In this document: piece by piece, positions 1 to 9,348 of the stretch
Numbering within the stretch: the stretch's first letter is position 1
Layout: each line of letters opens with the position of its first letter
Assembly: GCA_937867135.1 (NCBI GenBank)
Contig: CALMKK010000222.1
Location: forward strand, 1-42,496
Source: an uncultured candidate division Zixibacteria bacterium
GTDB taxonomy: Bacteria; Zixibacteria; MSB-5A5; GN15; PGXB01
Length of the DNA: 42,496 nucleotides
Direction of reading: 5' to 3'
Notes under the pieces: generated by a model
Database searches by the model: none
Seen by the model: only the letters and a program-made list of their open reading frames with translations
Told to the model about the DNA's origin: nothing
Made by a program: the position numbers and the translations under genes

Positions 1-1685
1 ATATCGCCGCCGTAGCATTTGGCGGTGACATTTTTACGCAACGGTTTGACCGTGGCCCGGGCGATAATCCGGCCGCCGATGGCCGCCTGAATTATCACTT
101 CAAACATCTGGCGGGGAATCAAGGTCCGCAATTTCTCAGTCAGGTTCATGCCGTATTTATATGCCTTATCCCTGTGTATGATAACAGAGAGAGCGTCAAC
201 CGGTTCGCCATTGATCAGAATATCGAGTTTGACCAGATTCGATTTCATATAGAATGGCAAACCATAATCGAGCGAGGCATAGCCGCGCGAAATAGATTTC
301 AATTTATCATAGAAATCAAAAATAATTTCGGACAGGGGAAAAGAGTAACTCAGGACGGCCCGCGCGGGGGTGGGGTACTCGGTATTTTTATAGAGGCCGC
401 GGCGATCGGTACTGAGACGCATGATCGAGCCGAGATACTCGGGCGGCGCTATTATTTGCGAATCGACATATGGTTCTTCGATATATTCGACTTTTCCCGC
501 CTCCGGCATTTCGGTGGGGGAATCGATGGCTACCTTAGTAAAATCGGTCAAGTGGATCCAATATTCGACAGTGGGGACGGTATTAATAATGGTCTGGTTA
601 TATTCCCGGGAAAGCCGTTCCGTGACAATCTCCATATGGAGCATCCCGAGAAAGCCGCAACGGAAACCGAATCCGAGGGCCGAGGATGTTTCCGGGGTGA
701 ATGAAAGGGAGGCATCGTTCAATTTCAATTTCTCGAGGGCATCGCGCATCTCCGAATAATCCTCGGCAATGGCCGGATATATGCCGGAAAACACCATCGG
801 TTTAATAGCGACAAAACCGGGGAGGGGGGAATCGGTCGGATCACTGGATTTGGTTATGGTATCGCCCACCCGCGTGTCGGCAACTTCTTTGATTCCGGCA
901 TAGAGATAGCCGACCTGCCCGGCCGACAGCGATCCTTGAGGGACATTATTTAAACGACGATAGCCTACTTCATCTACTTCAAATTCCTTTCCATGAGAAA
1001 AGAATTTTATTTTGTCACCTTTCTCCACGGCACCATCGACCACTTTAAGATAGACGGAGGCGCCGCGATACGAATCATAAACCGAGTCAAATACGAGAGC
1101 CTTAAACGGTTTATCAGGATGTCCCGACGGCGGTGGAATCCGTTTGACAATTTCCTCCAGGATTTGCTCTACACCAAGTCCGGTTTTGGCCGAACAATGA
1201 AGAATCTCTTCTTTCTTGCATCCGATCAGATCAATTATCTGTTTCGAGACTTCATCCGGGCGGGCCGAAGGGAGATCAATTTTATTAATGACGGGAATAA
1301 CCTCGAGGCCGTTTTCAATAGCCAAAAACAGATTCGAAACAGTCTGAGCCTCTACCCCTTGGGCGGCATCGACCACCAACAGGACGCCTTCACAGGCAGA
1401 CAGCGAACGACTGACTTCATAAGTGAAGTCAACATGCCCAGGAGTGTCGATCAGATTCAATTCATAAAGACCGGCGTCTTTCGCATGATAGTCCAATCGT
1501 ATGGCGTGAGCCTTGATAGTAATCCCCCGCTCTCTTTCCAGATCCATATCATCGAGAACCTGGGCGCGCATCTGGCGCTCAGTGACCGCTTCGGTCAATT
1601 CCAGTAGGCGGTCGGCCAGGGTCGATTTGCCATGGTCGATATGAGCGATAATCGAAAAGTTTCTTATATATTTCAAATCGGTCAT
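1..1685 (-). CDS. lepA: Translation elongation factor 4 (LepA), truncated at the window edge
   Basis: Absent from the ORF track because it runs off the edge. The reverse complement from ATG 1685 reads [25 protein letters not shown]; the same frame later has [10 protein letters not shown] and ends in KCYGGD at the edge, all LepA hallmarks. Confidence 0.97.
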   Translation of the reverse strand, partial: MTDLKYIRNFSIIAHIDHGKSTLADRLLELTEAVTERQMRAQVLDDMDLERERGITIKAHAIRLDYHAKDAGLYELNLIDTPGHVDFTYEVSRSLSACEGVLLVVDAAQGVEAQTVSNLFLAIENGLEVIPVINKIDLPSARPDEVSKQIIDLIGCKKEEILHCSAKTGLGVEQILEEIVKRIPPPSGHPDKPFKALVFDSVYDSYRGASVYLKVVDGAVEKGDKIKFFSHGKEFEVDEVGYRRLNNVPQGSLSAGQVGYLYAGIKEVADTRVGDTITKSSDPTDSPLPGFVAIKPMVFSGIYPAIAEDYSEMRDALEKLKLNDASLSFTPETSSALGFGFRCGFLGMLHMEIVTERLSREYNQTIINTVPTVEYWIHLTDFTKVAIDSPTEMPEAGKVEYIEEPYVDSQIIAPPEYLGSIMRLSTDRRGLYKNTEYPTPARAVLSYSFPLSEIIFDFYDKLKSISRGYASLDYGLPFYMKSNLVKLDILINGEPVDALSVIIHRDKAYKYGMNLTEKLRTLIPRQMFEVIIQAAIGGRIIARATVKPLRKNVTAKCYGGD

Positions 1686-1710
1686 AATATCCTTCAGTAA
1701 GACGGCAGGG

Positions 1711-1739
1711 AAAATACAGTGATTAGAGCATTTTGTCAA
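1711..1739 (-). promoter_or_regulatory. Putative sigma70 promoter for lepA
   Basis: Minus strand TTGACA (1739-1734), 17 nt, TATTTT (1716-1711), about 25 nt upstream of the lepA ATG. Confidence 0.55.
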
Positions 1740-1770
1740 CCAACGGCTTAAAGGACCTTGTCGATACCAC

Positions 1771-1798
1771 TTGACAATGATTTTATCATAAATATATT
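1771..1798 (+). promoter_or_regulatory. Putative sigma70 promoter for the CDP-alcohol transferase/pfkB pair
   Basis: TTGACA (1771-1776), 16 nt, TATATT (1793-1798). The spacer contains the dyad ATGAT-TTT-ATCAT. Confidence 0.55.
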
Positions 1799-1823
1799 GC
1801 GCATCAATTAATTAGAATGAAAT

Positions 1824-2438
1824 ATGGCAGAAATAAATAAAGTCAAAAGAGCCTTTTACGAGCAATATTCAATAGGTTTGGGAAGAGTATGTTTGAGGCT
1901 TCACCTCACGCCCAATATATTGACCGCCATTTCACTTGTTTGCGCGGTTATATCCGGGATATATTTCTGGAAGGCCCAGGTTTGGATGGGCATTATTTGG
2001 ATGCTACTGACTTCGTTTACCGACATGCTTGATGGGGCCACGGCCCGGGCCGGCAATTTGGGGACGAAATTCGGCGGAATTCTCGACCATGTTTCCGATC
2101 GGTACGGGGAGTTTTTTATTTTGGCCGGTATTACCATGTCCGGGATGGCGCATCCGGGCTGGGGTCTGTTCGCTCTATTCGGAATGATAATCGCCAGTTA
2201 CACGCGGGCCGCGGCCGAATCGATCGGCAAGATTGAAAACTGCGCGGTCGGCATTATGGGGCGATTGGAAAAATTCACGCTCATTATATTGGGTTCGATT
2301 CTGGAATTATATTATCCCAAATTCCGTTTGCTTGAAATAGCCCTGATTATTGTCGGTCTGACTTCATATATTACGTCGGTTCAACGTATGTTTTATGCTC
2401 ACAGGGTTTTGACCCAACGGAAAGGTAACGATCAATAA
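1824..2438 (+). CDS. CDP-alcohol phosphatidyltransferase family protein (PIP/AIP/DIPP synthase-like)
   Basis: TPNILT helix plus the signature DMLDGATARAG...FGGILDHVSDR (D-x2-DG-x2-AR...G-x3-D-x3-D), and SYTRAAAES / GIMGRLEK resembling PIP/AIP synthases. Multiple hydrophobic segments. Confidence 0.88.
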   Translation: MAEINKVKRAFYEQYSIGLGRVCLRLHLTPNILTAISLVCAVISGIYFWKAQVWMGIIWMLLTSFTDMLDGATARAGNLGTKFGGILDHVSDRYGEFFILAGITMSGMAHPGWGLFALFGMIIASYTRAAAESIGKIENCAVGIMGRLEKFTLIILGSILELYYPKFRLLEIALIIVGLTSYITSVQRMFYAHRVLTQRKGNDQ

Positions 2439-3373
2439 TGATAACAGCGATAGGCAACCCGGTATACGATTATATTAAGACGAAAAAAATTGAGACCGAC
2501 GGGAGAGTCCTCTCCGGTTGCAGTACCAATGCCGCTCTGGCTCTGGCAAAACTGGGGGAGAAAGTGCGTCTGGTCGGCGCGGTGGGGAACGATTACAAGG
2601 ATAATTTCCGAAAAAAATTATCCGGTTTTGGTATCGAACCGGTAATTTTTCCCTCAAAGGAAACCGGCGGTTTTTCATTAATTTACTTTGACGATTTTGG
2701 GAACCGGACACTGGACCTTCTCGGTCGAGCCAATCCAATCGAAGATATCGACCCGGAAGTGTACAGCGATTCGCAAGCGGTTTTGATCGGCCCGATTCTG
2801 GGAGAAATCAGCCCCGATGAAATCGCAAATATCCGCGATACTTTCAACGGCCTTTTCTTCTGCGATCCCCAGGGTTTTTTGCGCAGCGCCGACGGCAAAG
2901 GACGGATTCACCACAGCAAAGGCGACGGTATCGAAGAGATGCTGGGTCTATTTGATATTGTTAAGCCCAATGAACTGGAAGCAAAAGTCCTGACCGGAAT
3001 TGACTGCCGCAAGAATCCGTACAAGGCCGCCGAAATTATAAAAAGCTGGGGGCCGGAGATTGTTATCGTAACCCTGGCGGAATTGGGGTCAATCATTTAT
3101 GACGGCGTTGATTTTATCGATATACCGCCATATCAAATTGATTTGGTGGACGCCACCGGCGCCGGCGATACATATATGGCGGGCTTCACGTATGAATATC
3201 TCAAGGGCGGGGATCTTCGCCGGGCGGGTTGCTTTGCCTCCTGCGTATCATCGATTATGATCGAACAGGTGGGCCCGGATTTCAATTTAGTCGAAAAAGA
3301 AGTGCGGCGGCGCCAGGAAACGCTTTTGAAGCAGACCAATTTCCGGGTGGCGCTGGCATCGCTCGCCAATTAA
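2438..3373 (+). CDS. PfkB/ribokinase-family carbohydrate kinase (possible myo-inositol kinase)
   Basis: NAALALAKLG, VGAVGND, VKPNELE, VIVTLAELGS and the catalytic DATGAGDTY motif. Start overlaps the upstream stop (TAATG). Confidence 0.88.
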   Translation: MITAIGNPVYDYIKTKKIETDGRVLSGCSTNAALALAKLGEKVRLVGAVGNDYKDNFRKKLSGFGIEPVIFPSKETGGFSLIYFDDFGNRTLDLLGRANPIEDIDPEVYSDSQAVLIGPILGEISPDEIANIRDTFNGLFFCDPQGFLRSADGKGRIHHSKGDGIEEMLGLFDIVKPNELEAKVLTGIDCRKNPYKAAEIIKSWGPEIVIVTLAELGSIIYDGVDFIDIPPYQIDLVDATGAGDTYMAGFTYEYLKGGDLRRAGCFASCVSSIMIEQVGPDFNLVEKEVRRRQETLLKQTNFRVALASLAN

Positions 3374-3374
3374 T

Positions 3375-4034
3375 CTATCCCCCGATACCATCAAAAAGCA
3401 TACTTGAAATTTTCATCGCGCGATCGGACAGGTTTAATTTTTCTTTAGGCGACAGATTTCCGGCCAGATAGGCCGATTCCAAATCGCGAATCGCCGCAAG
3501 AAGAATAAAGGCTATCGTTTCCGGTTCCAAGTCACGACGGATCTCGCCGGTTTCCATCCCACGGGTAACCATGCCGCTTAAATAATGCCTCCGGAGTTGA
3601 AGAATTCGTTCGGTAAAGCTACGGGTCAGATTAAAATCGTTCTCATAGTGCATCTTCATGTAAAAGCGGAACCCGGTTTTGTCGTTTTCCCATGTGTCCA
3701 ACTGCGTCTGGAAATACCGGCGAATCCTATCAGTGGCCCGTACGGCGAATTCGCGGGCAAAATATTCTTCCCAAGAGCGGCGATAATTATCGATGGAGAT
3801 TTCCGAGACAAATTCCAGAAGATTTTCTTTTTTGGCAAAGTACTGAATCAGCGAACCCTTGGAAATCGAGGCTCCGGCCGCGACATGATCAAGCGAAACG
3901 TTTTCGAAAGTATTGAATGCAAAAGCCTCGCGGGCGGTCTCAAAGATTTTCTGCTTTTTGGAGGGTTCCAGTTTACGGAAGGTGGCCGTTACGGTACCCC
4001 GTTTTTCCAGTATGATAATAATATTTTCATCCAT
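3375..4034 (-). CDS. TetR/AcrR-family transcriptional regulator
   Basis: N-terminal HTH (IFETAREAFA...VSLDHVAAGASISKGSLIQYFAKKENL) and C-terminal GEIRRDL motif. Confidence 0.9.
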   Translation of the reverse strand: MDENIIIILEKRGTVTATFRKLEPSKKQKIFETAREAFAFNTFENVSLDHVAAGASISKGSLIQYFAKKENLLEFVSEISIDNYRRSWEEYFAREFAVRATDRIRRYFQTQLDTWENDKTGFRFYMKMHYENDFNLTRSFTERILQLRRHYLSGMVTRGMETGEIRRDLEPETIAFILLAAIRDLESAYLAGNLSPKEKLNLSDRAMKISSMLFDGIGG

Positions 4035-4055
4035 ATACTAATATAGCATTAAAAG

Positions 4056-4138
4056 TAACTTATAAGTCATAATATATATGTTGATAGTATATTTTGTCAA
4101 TATTTTTCTTGACGGTAAGGGTGAAAATCGCTTATATG
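4056..4138. promoter_or_regulatory. Divergent tetR/ino1 promoter region with a candidate operator palindrome
   Basis: Minus strand TTGACA (4100-4095) with TATATT at 4076-4071. Plus strand TTGACG (4109-4114) with TTATAT/TATATG at 4132-4138. Perfect palindrome ACTTATAAGT at 4058-4067. Confidence 0.5.
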
Positions 4139-4163
4139 GGAGGGTCAAACTGAAAGGAACCTT

Positions 4164-5342
4164 ATGGCCAAAGTTAGAGTAGCGATAATCGGCGTCGGCA
4201 ACTGCGCCTCATCGTTTGTCCAGGGAGTGGAGTTTTACAAGAAAGCCCGCGAGAACGAATCGATTCCCGGGATCATGCATGTGAATCTCGGCGGCTATCA
4301 TGTCAGCGACATAGAATTTTCGGCCGCGATTGATATCGACAAGAACAAGGTCGGAAAAGATCTGGCCGAGGCGGTTTTCACCAAGCCCAACAATACCTTC
4401 AAATTCAGCAACGTGCCCAAGACCGGAATAATTGTTCAGCGGGGGATGACCCATGACGGTCTGGGCAAGTATCTATCGGAAATTATTGAGAAGGCGCCCG
4501 GCGATACGGTGGATATCGTAAAATTGCTCAGGGACACCAAGACCGACGTGGTTGTGAATTACCTTCCGGTCGGTTCCGAAGAAGCGACCAAGTGGTATGT
4601 GGAGCAGATTCTTGAAGCCGGTTGCGGTTTTGTCAATTGCATTCCGGTTTTTATCGGCCGCGAGCCATACTGGCAGAGCCGGTTCATGGAGAAAGGATTG
4701 CCAGTCATCGGGGATGATATCAAATCCCAGGTCGGAGCGACCATCGTGCATCGTGTCATGACCCGTCTATTCCGCGATCGGGGGGTTCGGCTGGATCGCA
4801 CGAGCCAGTTGAATGTGGGCGGGAACACCGATTTTTTGAATATGCTGGAACGTTCGCGTCTGGAATCGAAAAAGATCTCCAAAACCAATGCCGTCACGAG
4901 CCAGTTGGATTATGATATCGGCAAGGATAATGTCCATATCGGGCCGTCCGATTATGTGGCCTGGCTTCTGGATCGCAAGTGGGCCTATATACGAATGGAA
5001 GGAACCACTTTCGGCAATGTGCCTCTTAACGTTGAGTTGAAACTGGAAGTCTGGGATTCGCCCAATTCGGCCGGGGTGGTGATTGACGCGGTCCGGTGCT
5101 GCAAATTGGGTATAGATAACGGCCTTTCCGGTACAATGAAAGCGCCGGCGTCGTATTTTATGAAATCACCTCCGGTTCAATACACGGATGAAGAAGCGCG
5201 GCACATGACGGAAGAGTATATACTCAAGTATGGCTGGAAAGGCGACGGAAAAAAGTCGAAACGTCCGGCCGCATCTGAAGGGACATCTGTCAAAACCACG
5301 GCCAGCCGGAAAGTCGCCCGGAAAACTCTCCTGAAAAAGTAG
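4164..5342 (+). CDS. ino1: myo-Inositol-1-phosphate synthase
   Basis: [12 protein letters not shown] Rossmann motif, [66 protein letters not shown] upstream. Confidence 0.96.
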   Translation: MAKVRVAIIGVGNCASSFVQGVEFYKKARENESIPGIMHVNLGGYHVSDIEFSAAIDIDKNKVGKDLAEAVFTKPNNTFKFSNVPKTGIIVQRGMTHDGLGKYLSEIIEKAPGDTVDIVKLLRDTKTDVVVNYLPVGSEEATKWYVEQILEAGCGFVNCIPVFIGREPYWQSRFMEKGLPVIGDDIKSQVGATIVHRVMTRLFRDRGVRLDRTSQLNVGGNTDFLNMLERSRLESKKISKTNAVTSQLDYDIGKDNVHIGPSDYVAWLLDRKWAYIRMEGTTFGNVPLNVELKLEVWDSPNSAGVVIDAVRCCKLGIDNGLSGTMKAPASYFMKSPPVQYTDEEARHMTEEYILKYGWKGDGKKSKRPAASEGTSVKTTASRKVARKTLLKK

Positions 5343-5372
5343 TTCTCAAAAGCGGCTTAAAGTGATAGATTG

Positions 5373-5401
5373 AAGGCGAACAAACAAGGTTCGCCTTTTT
5401 T
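5373..5401 (+). terminator. Intrinsic terminator after ino1
   Basis: AAGGCGAAC-AAACAAG-GTTCGCCTT hairpin running into a T tract. Confidence 0.75.
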
Positions 5402-5403
5402 AT

Positions 5404-6027
5404 ATGAGAAAACACGGCTGGTTCATAACATTTGAGGGAATCGACGGTTCCGGTAAGACGACGCAACTGAAAATGACGGAGCAGTTGTTGCGGAAATCAC
5501 ACTTCCATATTTTGGTCGTGCGCGAGCCCGGCTCCACGCCGGTCGCCGAGAAAGCCCGTAAAATCCTGCTGAGTAAGAAAAATCAGATCACCGCGGAGTC
5601 GGAGTTGTTTTTATATCTGGCGGCACGGGCCGACCTGGTAAGAAAAATTATCGCTCCGGCGCTGAATAGAGGCGTAATAGTTCTTTGCGATCGCTTTTAT
5701 GATTCCACGGTCGCTTATCAGGGATATGGACGGGGGCTGGATATCGATCTCATAGGCGAGTTGAATCATCTGGCGGTCGGGCAATATGAGCCGGATATTA
5801 CCTTTTTGATTGATGTCGATTATAAAACATCGCTAAAAAGAAGAAAAAAGCAGCGCGACCGCCTGGAATCGGAATCGATGGCTTTTTTTAATCGTGTCAG
5901 GAAGGGATTCCTGAAAATTGCGCAACGGGAAAGAAAAAGAGTGATAATCCTTGACGGCCGCAAAAGGGCTGAGGTGGTGTTTACCGAGGTGGATTCTTGT
6001 CTGAAAATGAGATTACATATCAAATAG
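5404..6027 (+). CDS. tmk: Thymidylate kinase
   Basis: FITFEGIDGSGKTTQ P-loop, REPG, LCDRFYDSTVAYQG, PDITFLID. Confidence 0.96.
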   Translation: MRKHGWFITFEGIDGSGKTTQLKMTEQLLRKSHFHILVVREPGSTPVAEKARKILLSKKNQITAESELFLYLAARADLVRKIIAPALNRGVIVLCDRFYDSTVAYQGYGRGLDIDLIGELNHLAVGQYEPDITFLIDVDYKTSLKRRKKQRDRLESESMAFFNRVRKGFLKIAQRERKRVIILDGRKRAEVVFTEVDSCLKMRLHIK

Positions 6028-7613
6028 AGGATGCTACTCCTTCGGAAAAACGTCGGTCGCTCCTTTGGTCGCTGGCCCTATTTTCAATTCTGATCATAAT
6101 CCTCTCAGGCCTGTCGATCTTTTTGTTGTCCGATAAGGAGCTTTATATTCCCTACCGGCTGACGGCGACATTGGAATTAATTAAAATTCTATATCCCGAA
6201 TCATATAATCCCGGGGAAATGATGGAAATGGCCAGGGAAGGGGTGTTTCAACAGCTGGATCGTTATTCCGGATATCTGGAACCGCGGGAGTTGGGGCGTG
6301 TGACAGAGGAATTCAGCGGATCGTACGGGGGAATCGGGATCACCATTGTCGGTCATGAATCGGGGTTGATGGTTATGTCGGTTCGAGAGGATGGCCCGGC
6401 GGCCCGGGCCGGTATCAAAACGGGGGATATTATATCAAAAGTCGACAGCACCGATATGAAAGGAATTAATGCCTATCGGGCCACTTTTCTTCTGCGCGGT
6501 CCGGAGGGCAGCCGGATGGAACTGACCGTCTTGCGGAAATTCAATAATATCGATGATACTCTGTTTTTTCAGCTCAGCAGACAGCTGTTACCGCTAATTC
6601 ATGTTCCGTATGCCGGGATTACGCCCGGGGGAAGTCTTTATATACGCCTATTGGATTTCGAGGCCGGAGCCGCGTCGGAAGTGGCTGACGCCCTTGATTC
6701 GCTTTATCTGAAATATCCTGATTCAATAAAGGGAATTATATTCGATTTGCGGGGCAATCCCGGAGGGTTATTGACGGAAGCTGTATCGATTGCCGGACTG
6801 TTCTTAAAAAAAGGGAAAATTGTGGTGGGGATGAAGGGAAGGTCACGGTGGAACAACACGGTTTTTTATGCCCAGGGCGATGACATTACCGAGGGATTGC
6901 CGATTGCGCTTCTGGTGGATCGCGGTTCCGCCTCGGCCTCCGAGATTCTGGCCGGTTCGCTTCGATATGCCGGGCGGGCCTTTTTGGTCGGCGATACCAC
7001 TTTTGGAAAAGGACTGGTACAGGAATTCGATGATCTGGGCGATGGTTCCGGGTTGCGCCTGACGACGGCCCGTTATTACTTTGAAGGGAATATATTCCTG
7101 AACGATCCCAAGGCGGCCGTTAAAGACAGTGCGCCGGGGATTCCTCCGGATTATTATTATCAGTCGACGGAGTATGAACCGTTTCCTCTGGAACTGGAGA
7201 GCTCCCTTTTGATGCGCGAATATGCTATCGCTCATCAGAATGACATTGCGGCTGATTCCGGCGCCGTTTCGATAAATCCGGGATGGCTGGACGAATTCAA
7301 GAGCTATTTGTATCAGAAAGGCTTCAATTATGAGTCGGCCCTGAGCCGCGAGATTAAGAATGCCCAAGTCCAGGCGCATTTCGAGCAGGCATCGAAAGAG
7401 ACTATCGAGGTGATCGCGCACCTTTATTCACTCTCCAAAAAGGAGGATTCGGCGCAATTTGTCAATTACAGGGAATATATCAGGCAAAGGCTTTTTCAGA
7501 TGGCCCTGGAAACCAAATTCGGGGTGTCGGAATCGTACCGCCGTGCCTTTGTACCGTATCGCTGGGATGTCGCGTTGGCCGAACAGCTTTTTAAAGAAAG
7601 CCGGAAAAATTGA
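5997..7613 (+). CDS. ctpA: S41A carboxyl-terminal processing protease with PDZ domain
   Basis: N-terminal TM anchor, GGIGI PDZ start, DLRGNPGGLL, catalytic SASASEI and TFGKG. TTG start with GAGGTGG upstream, overlapping the tmk 3' end; exact start uncertain. Confidence 0.9.
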   Translation: MSENEITYQIEDATPSEKRRSLLWSLALFSILIIILSGLSIFLLSDKELYIPYRLTATLELIKILYPESYNPGEMMEMAREGVFQQLDRYSGYLEPRELGRVTEEFSGSYGGIGITIVGHESGLMVMSVREDGPAARAGIKTGDIISKVDSTDMKGINAYRATFLLRGPEGSRMELTVLRKFNNIDDTLFFQLSRQLLPLIHVPYAGITPGGSLYIRLLDFEAGAASEVADALDSLYLKYPDSIKGIIFDLRGNPGGLLTEAVSIAGLFLKKGKIVVGMKGRSRWNNTVFYAQGDDITEGLPIALLVDRGSASASEILAGSLRYAGRAFLVGDTTFGKGLVQEFDDLGDGSGLRLTTARYYFEGNIFLNDPKAAVKDSAPGIPPDYYYQSTEYEPFPLELESSLLMREYAIAHQNDIAADSGAVSINPGWLDEFKSYLYQKGFNYESALSREIKNAQVQAHFEQASKETIEVIAHLYSLSKKEDSAQFVNYREYIRQRLFQMALETKFGVSESYRRAFVPYRWDVALAEQLFKESRKN

Positions 7614-8362
7614 CTCTTTTTCTGATGATAATGGGGGGGGCGGCCGCGGGGCTGATCGGCGGATTTCTCGGTCTGGGAGGCGGCATCGTTCTGGTACCGC
7701 TTTTGACCCTGGTATTTAAAGTCCCGATGCACGAGGCGGTCGCCATTTCTCTCGCCACCATCATGGCCAGCGGTCTGGTTTCTTCCACAAAATATCTTGA
7801 AAAGGGGCTGGTTGACTATCGGCTGGCGGTATTGCTATCGATATTTGCCGCCGTCGGGGCCGTCACCGGAAGCGCTCTGGCACCGTTGATGCCCGAGAAA
7901 TTTCTTCAAACGGCATTTTCCATAGTTTTACTATATACTACCTATTCCATTTTGAGCAAAAAGGACGGCGCCAATACGCGCAACCAATCCGACCGACCGC
8001 CCCGCCTTATTCCGGTGGCTCTGGTGGCCCTGCTGGCCGGCATGGTTTCGTCTTTGTTGGGTGTCGGCGGCGGAGTTCTGATTGTGCCGGCGGTCTATTT
8101 AATTTTCAATTATTCTCTGGATCTGTCGCGGGGCACATCGGCGTTTACGATCGGGATAATCGCCACGGCGGGATCGGTCGCGTATTTTGCTCGGGGAGCG
8201 CTTAATATGGAATATACGGGTCAGATCATGCTGGGAACCATTGCGGGCGGTTGGCTGGGGGGCTGGTTGGGAGCCAGGGCCAAGTCACGACTTGTCAAAG
8301 TCGTCTTTTCAATTATTTTGATTTATCTGGCGACAAGAATGTTTCTGCAAGGAATTTCCTGA
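7610..8362 (+). CDS. TauE/SafE (TSUP) family membrane transporter
   Basis: Two repeats of the GxxGxGGG motif (GFLGLGGGIVLVP; SLLGVGGGVLIVP) and about 8 TM segments. Confidence 0.88.
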   Translation: MTLFLMIMGGAAAGLIGGFLGLGGGIVLVPLLTLVFKVPMHEAVAISLATIMASGLVSSTKYLEKGLVDYRLAVLLSIFAAVGAVTGSALAPLMPEKFLQTAFSIVLLYTTYSILSKKDGANTRNQSDRPPRLIPVALVALLAGMVSSLLGVGGGVLIVPAVYLIFNYSLDLSRGTSAFTIGIIATAGSVAYFARGALNMEYTGQIMLGTIAGGWLGGWLGARAKSRLVKVVFSIILIYLATRMFLQGIS

Positions 8363-8363
8363 C

Positions 8364-8648
8364 ATGGCCGAAAAAGACAGATATTATGGACTGGTCAAAT
8401 GGCAAAAGGCCATGACATGGGTTATCGTGGCGGCATTCGTAGTTTCAATTTTAGCTTATGTGATTGATCGCGGGGTCGGGGTCATCTTTTATGCGGCCAG
8501 CGTTATAATATTGATATTGTCCGGACCGGTGCGGCTGGTGTGGATCAGTTTCTATTTCCGCAGAGAAGGCGACCGTAAGTACCAATATTATGCCATAATT
8601 GTTTTATTGATTATAGCCTTGACGGCGCTGATGAAAGTCATGCATTAG
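8364..8648 (+). CDS. Small 3-TM membrane protein (DUF1634-like partner of TSUP transporters)
   Basis: Three hydrophobic segments with a P-V-R-L...F-R-R-E-G-D-x-x-Y pattern, 1 nt after the TauE stop. Family call is by recall. Confidence 0.6.
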   Translation: MAEKDRYYGLVKWQKAMTWVIVAAFVVSILAYVIDRGVGVIFYAASVIILILSGPVRLVWISFYFRREGDRKYQYYAIIVLLIIALTALMKVMH

Positions 8649-9317
8649 ATGAAGACGAAGAAATTAATAATATTTTCCGATTTCGACGGGACTTTTACGT
8701 CGCGGGATGTCGGCAATCGCGTTTTCACCCATTTCTCGGACGGCCGCAATAAACCTCTGGTCGAGGATTGGAAGCGGGGATTAATAACATCGCGGGAGTG
8801 TCTGCGGCGGGAGGCTGAATTGGTCAGAGTGACGCCGCAGGAATTTTATGCACTGCTTGAGGATTTTGAATTGCGTCCGGGGGCCGTTGATCTGTATCGG
8901 CTGAGCAGGATAGAGGAAATCCCCTTTTATATTGTCTCGGACGGGACCGATTTATATATTGAGCATATCCTGAAGAAATTTAATCTGAAGGAAATTCCCT
9001 ATTATTGCAATCATGGAATTCTGGAAAAGGGCGGGCTGAAATTGGAATTTCCTTATGAAAATAACGGCTGTATTCGGTGCGGTTCCTGCAAGGGTGAGAG
9101 GATAAGGGAAATTGTCGGAGGCGATCGCGAGGGGCGGGAGGTGGTTTTTATCGGCGACGGCCTGTCCGATATCTGCGCTTTGCCGGAGGCCGATATCGTG
9201 TTCGCGCGGGGCGATCTTTTGGATTATTGCCGCAATCGGAATGTGGCGGCTATTGAATATCAAGATTTTTACGATATATTGAAATGGTTGAAAGATTCCG
9301 GTCGAATCGCCGGATAA
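8649..9317 (+). CDS. MtnX-like HAD-IB phosphatase
   Basis: DFDGTFT motif I, IVSDG motif II, CIRCGSCK, FIGDGLSD motif IV. Confidence 0.85.
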   Translation: MKTKKLIIFSDFDGTFTSRDVGNRVFTHFSDGRNKPLVEDWKRGLITSRECLRREAELVRVTPQEFYALLEDFELRPGAVDLYRLSRIEEIPFYIVSDGTDLYIEHILKKFNLKEIPYYCNHGILEKGGLKLEFPYENNGCIRCGSCKGERIREIVGGDREGREVVFIGDGLSDICALPEADIVFARGDLLDYCRNRNVAAIEYQDFYDILKWLKDSGRIAG

Positions 9318-9348
9318 GATCAATGAAGATTCTATTTGGAGTCCTTTT

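Noticed and set aside
174-1607. Plus-strand ORFs 174-704, 421-759 and 993-1607
   Set aside because: They are antisense shadows of lepA, which occupies the minus strand, and show no recognisable motifs.
1772-1790. Possible Fur box in the CDP-alcohol transferase promoter (TGACAATGATTTTATCAT)
   Set aside because: The spacing does not fit the 7-1-7 Fur dyad and the downstream genes have no iron link. Recorded only as an unassigned dyad.
3585-4046. 153-aa plus-strand ORF and other long antisense ORFs (e.g. 6843-7421, 9250-9882, 19037-19549, 26472-26975)
   Set aside because: They lie largely or entirely opposite well-supported genes and lack motifs, as expected for codon-bias shadows.
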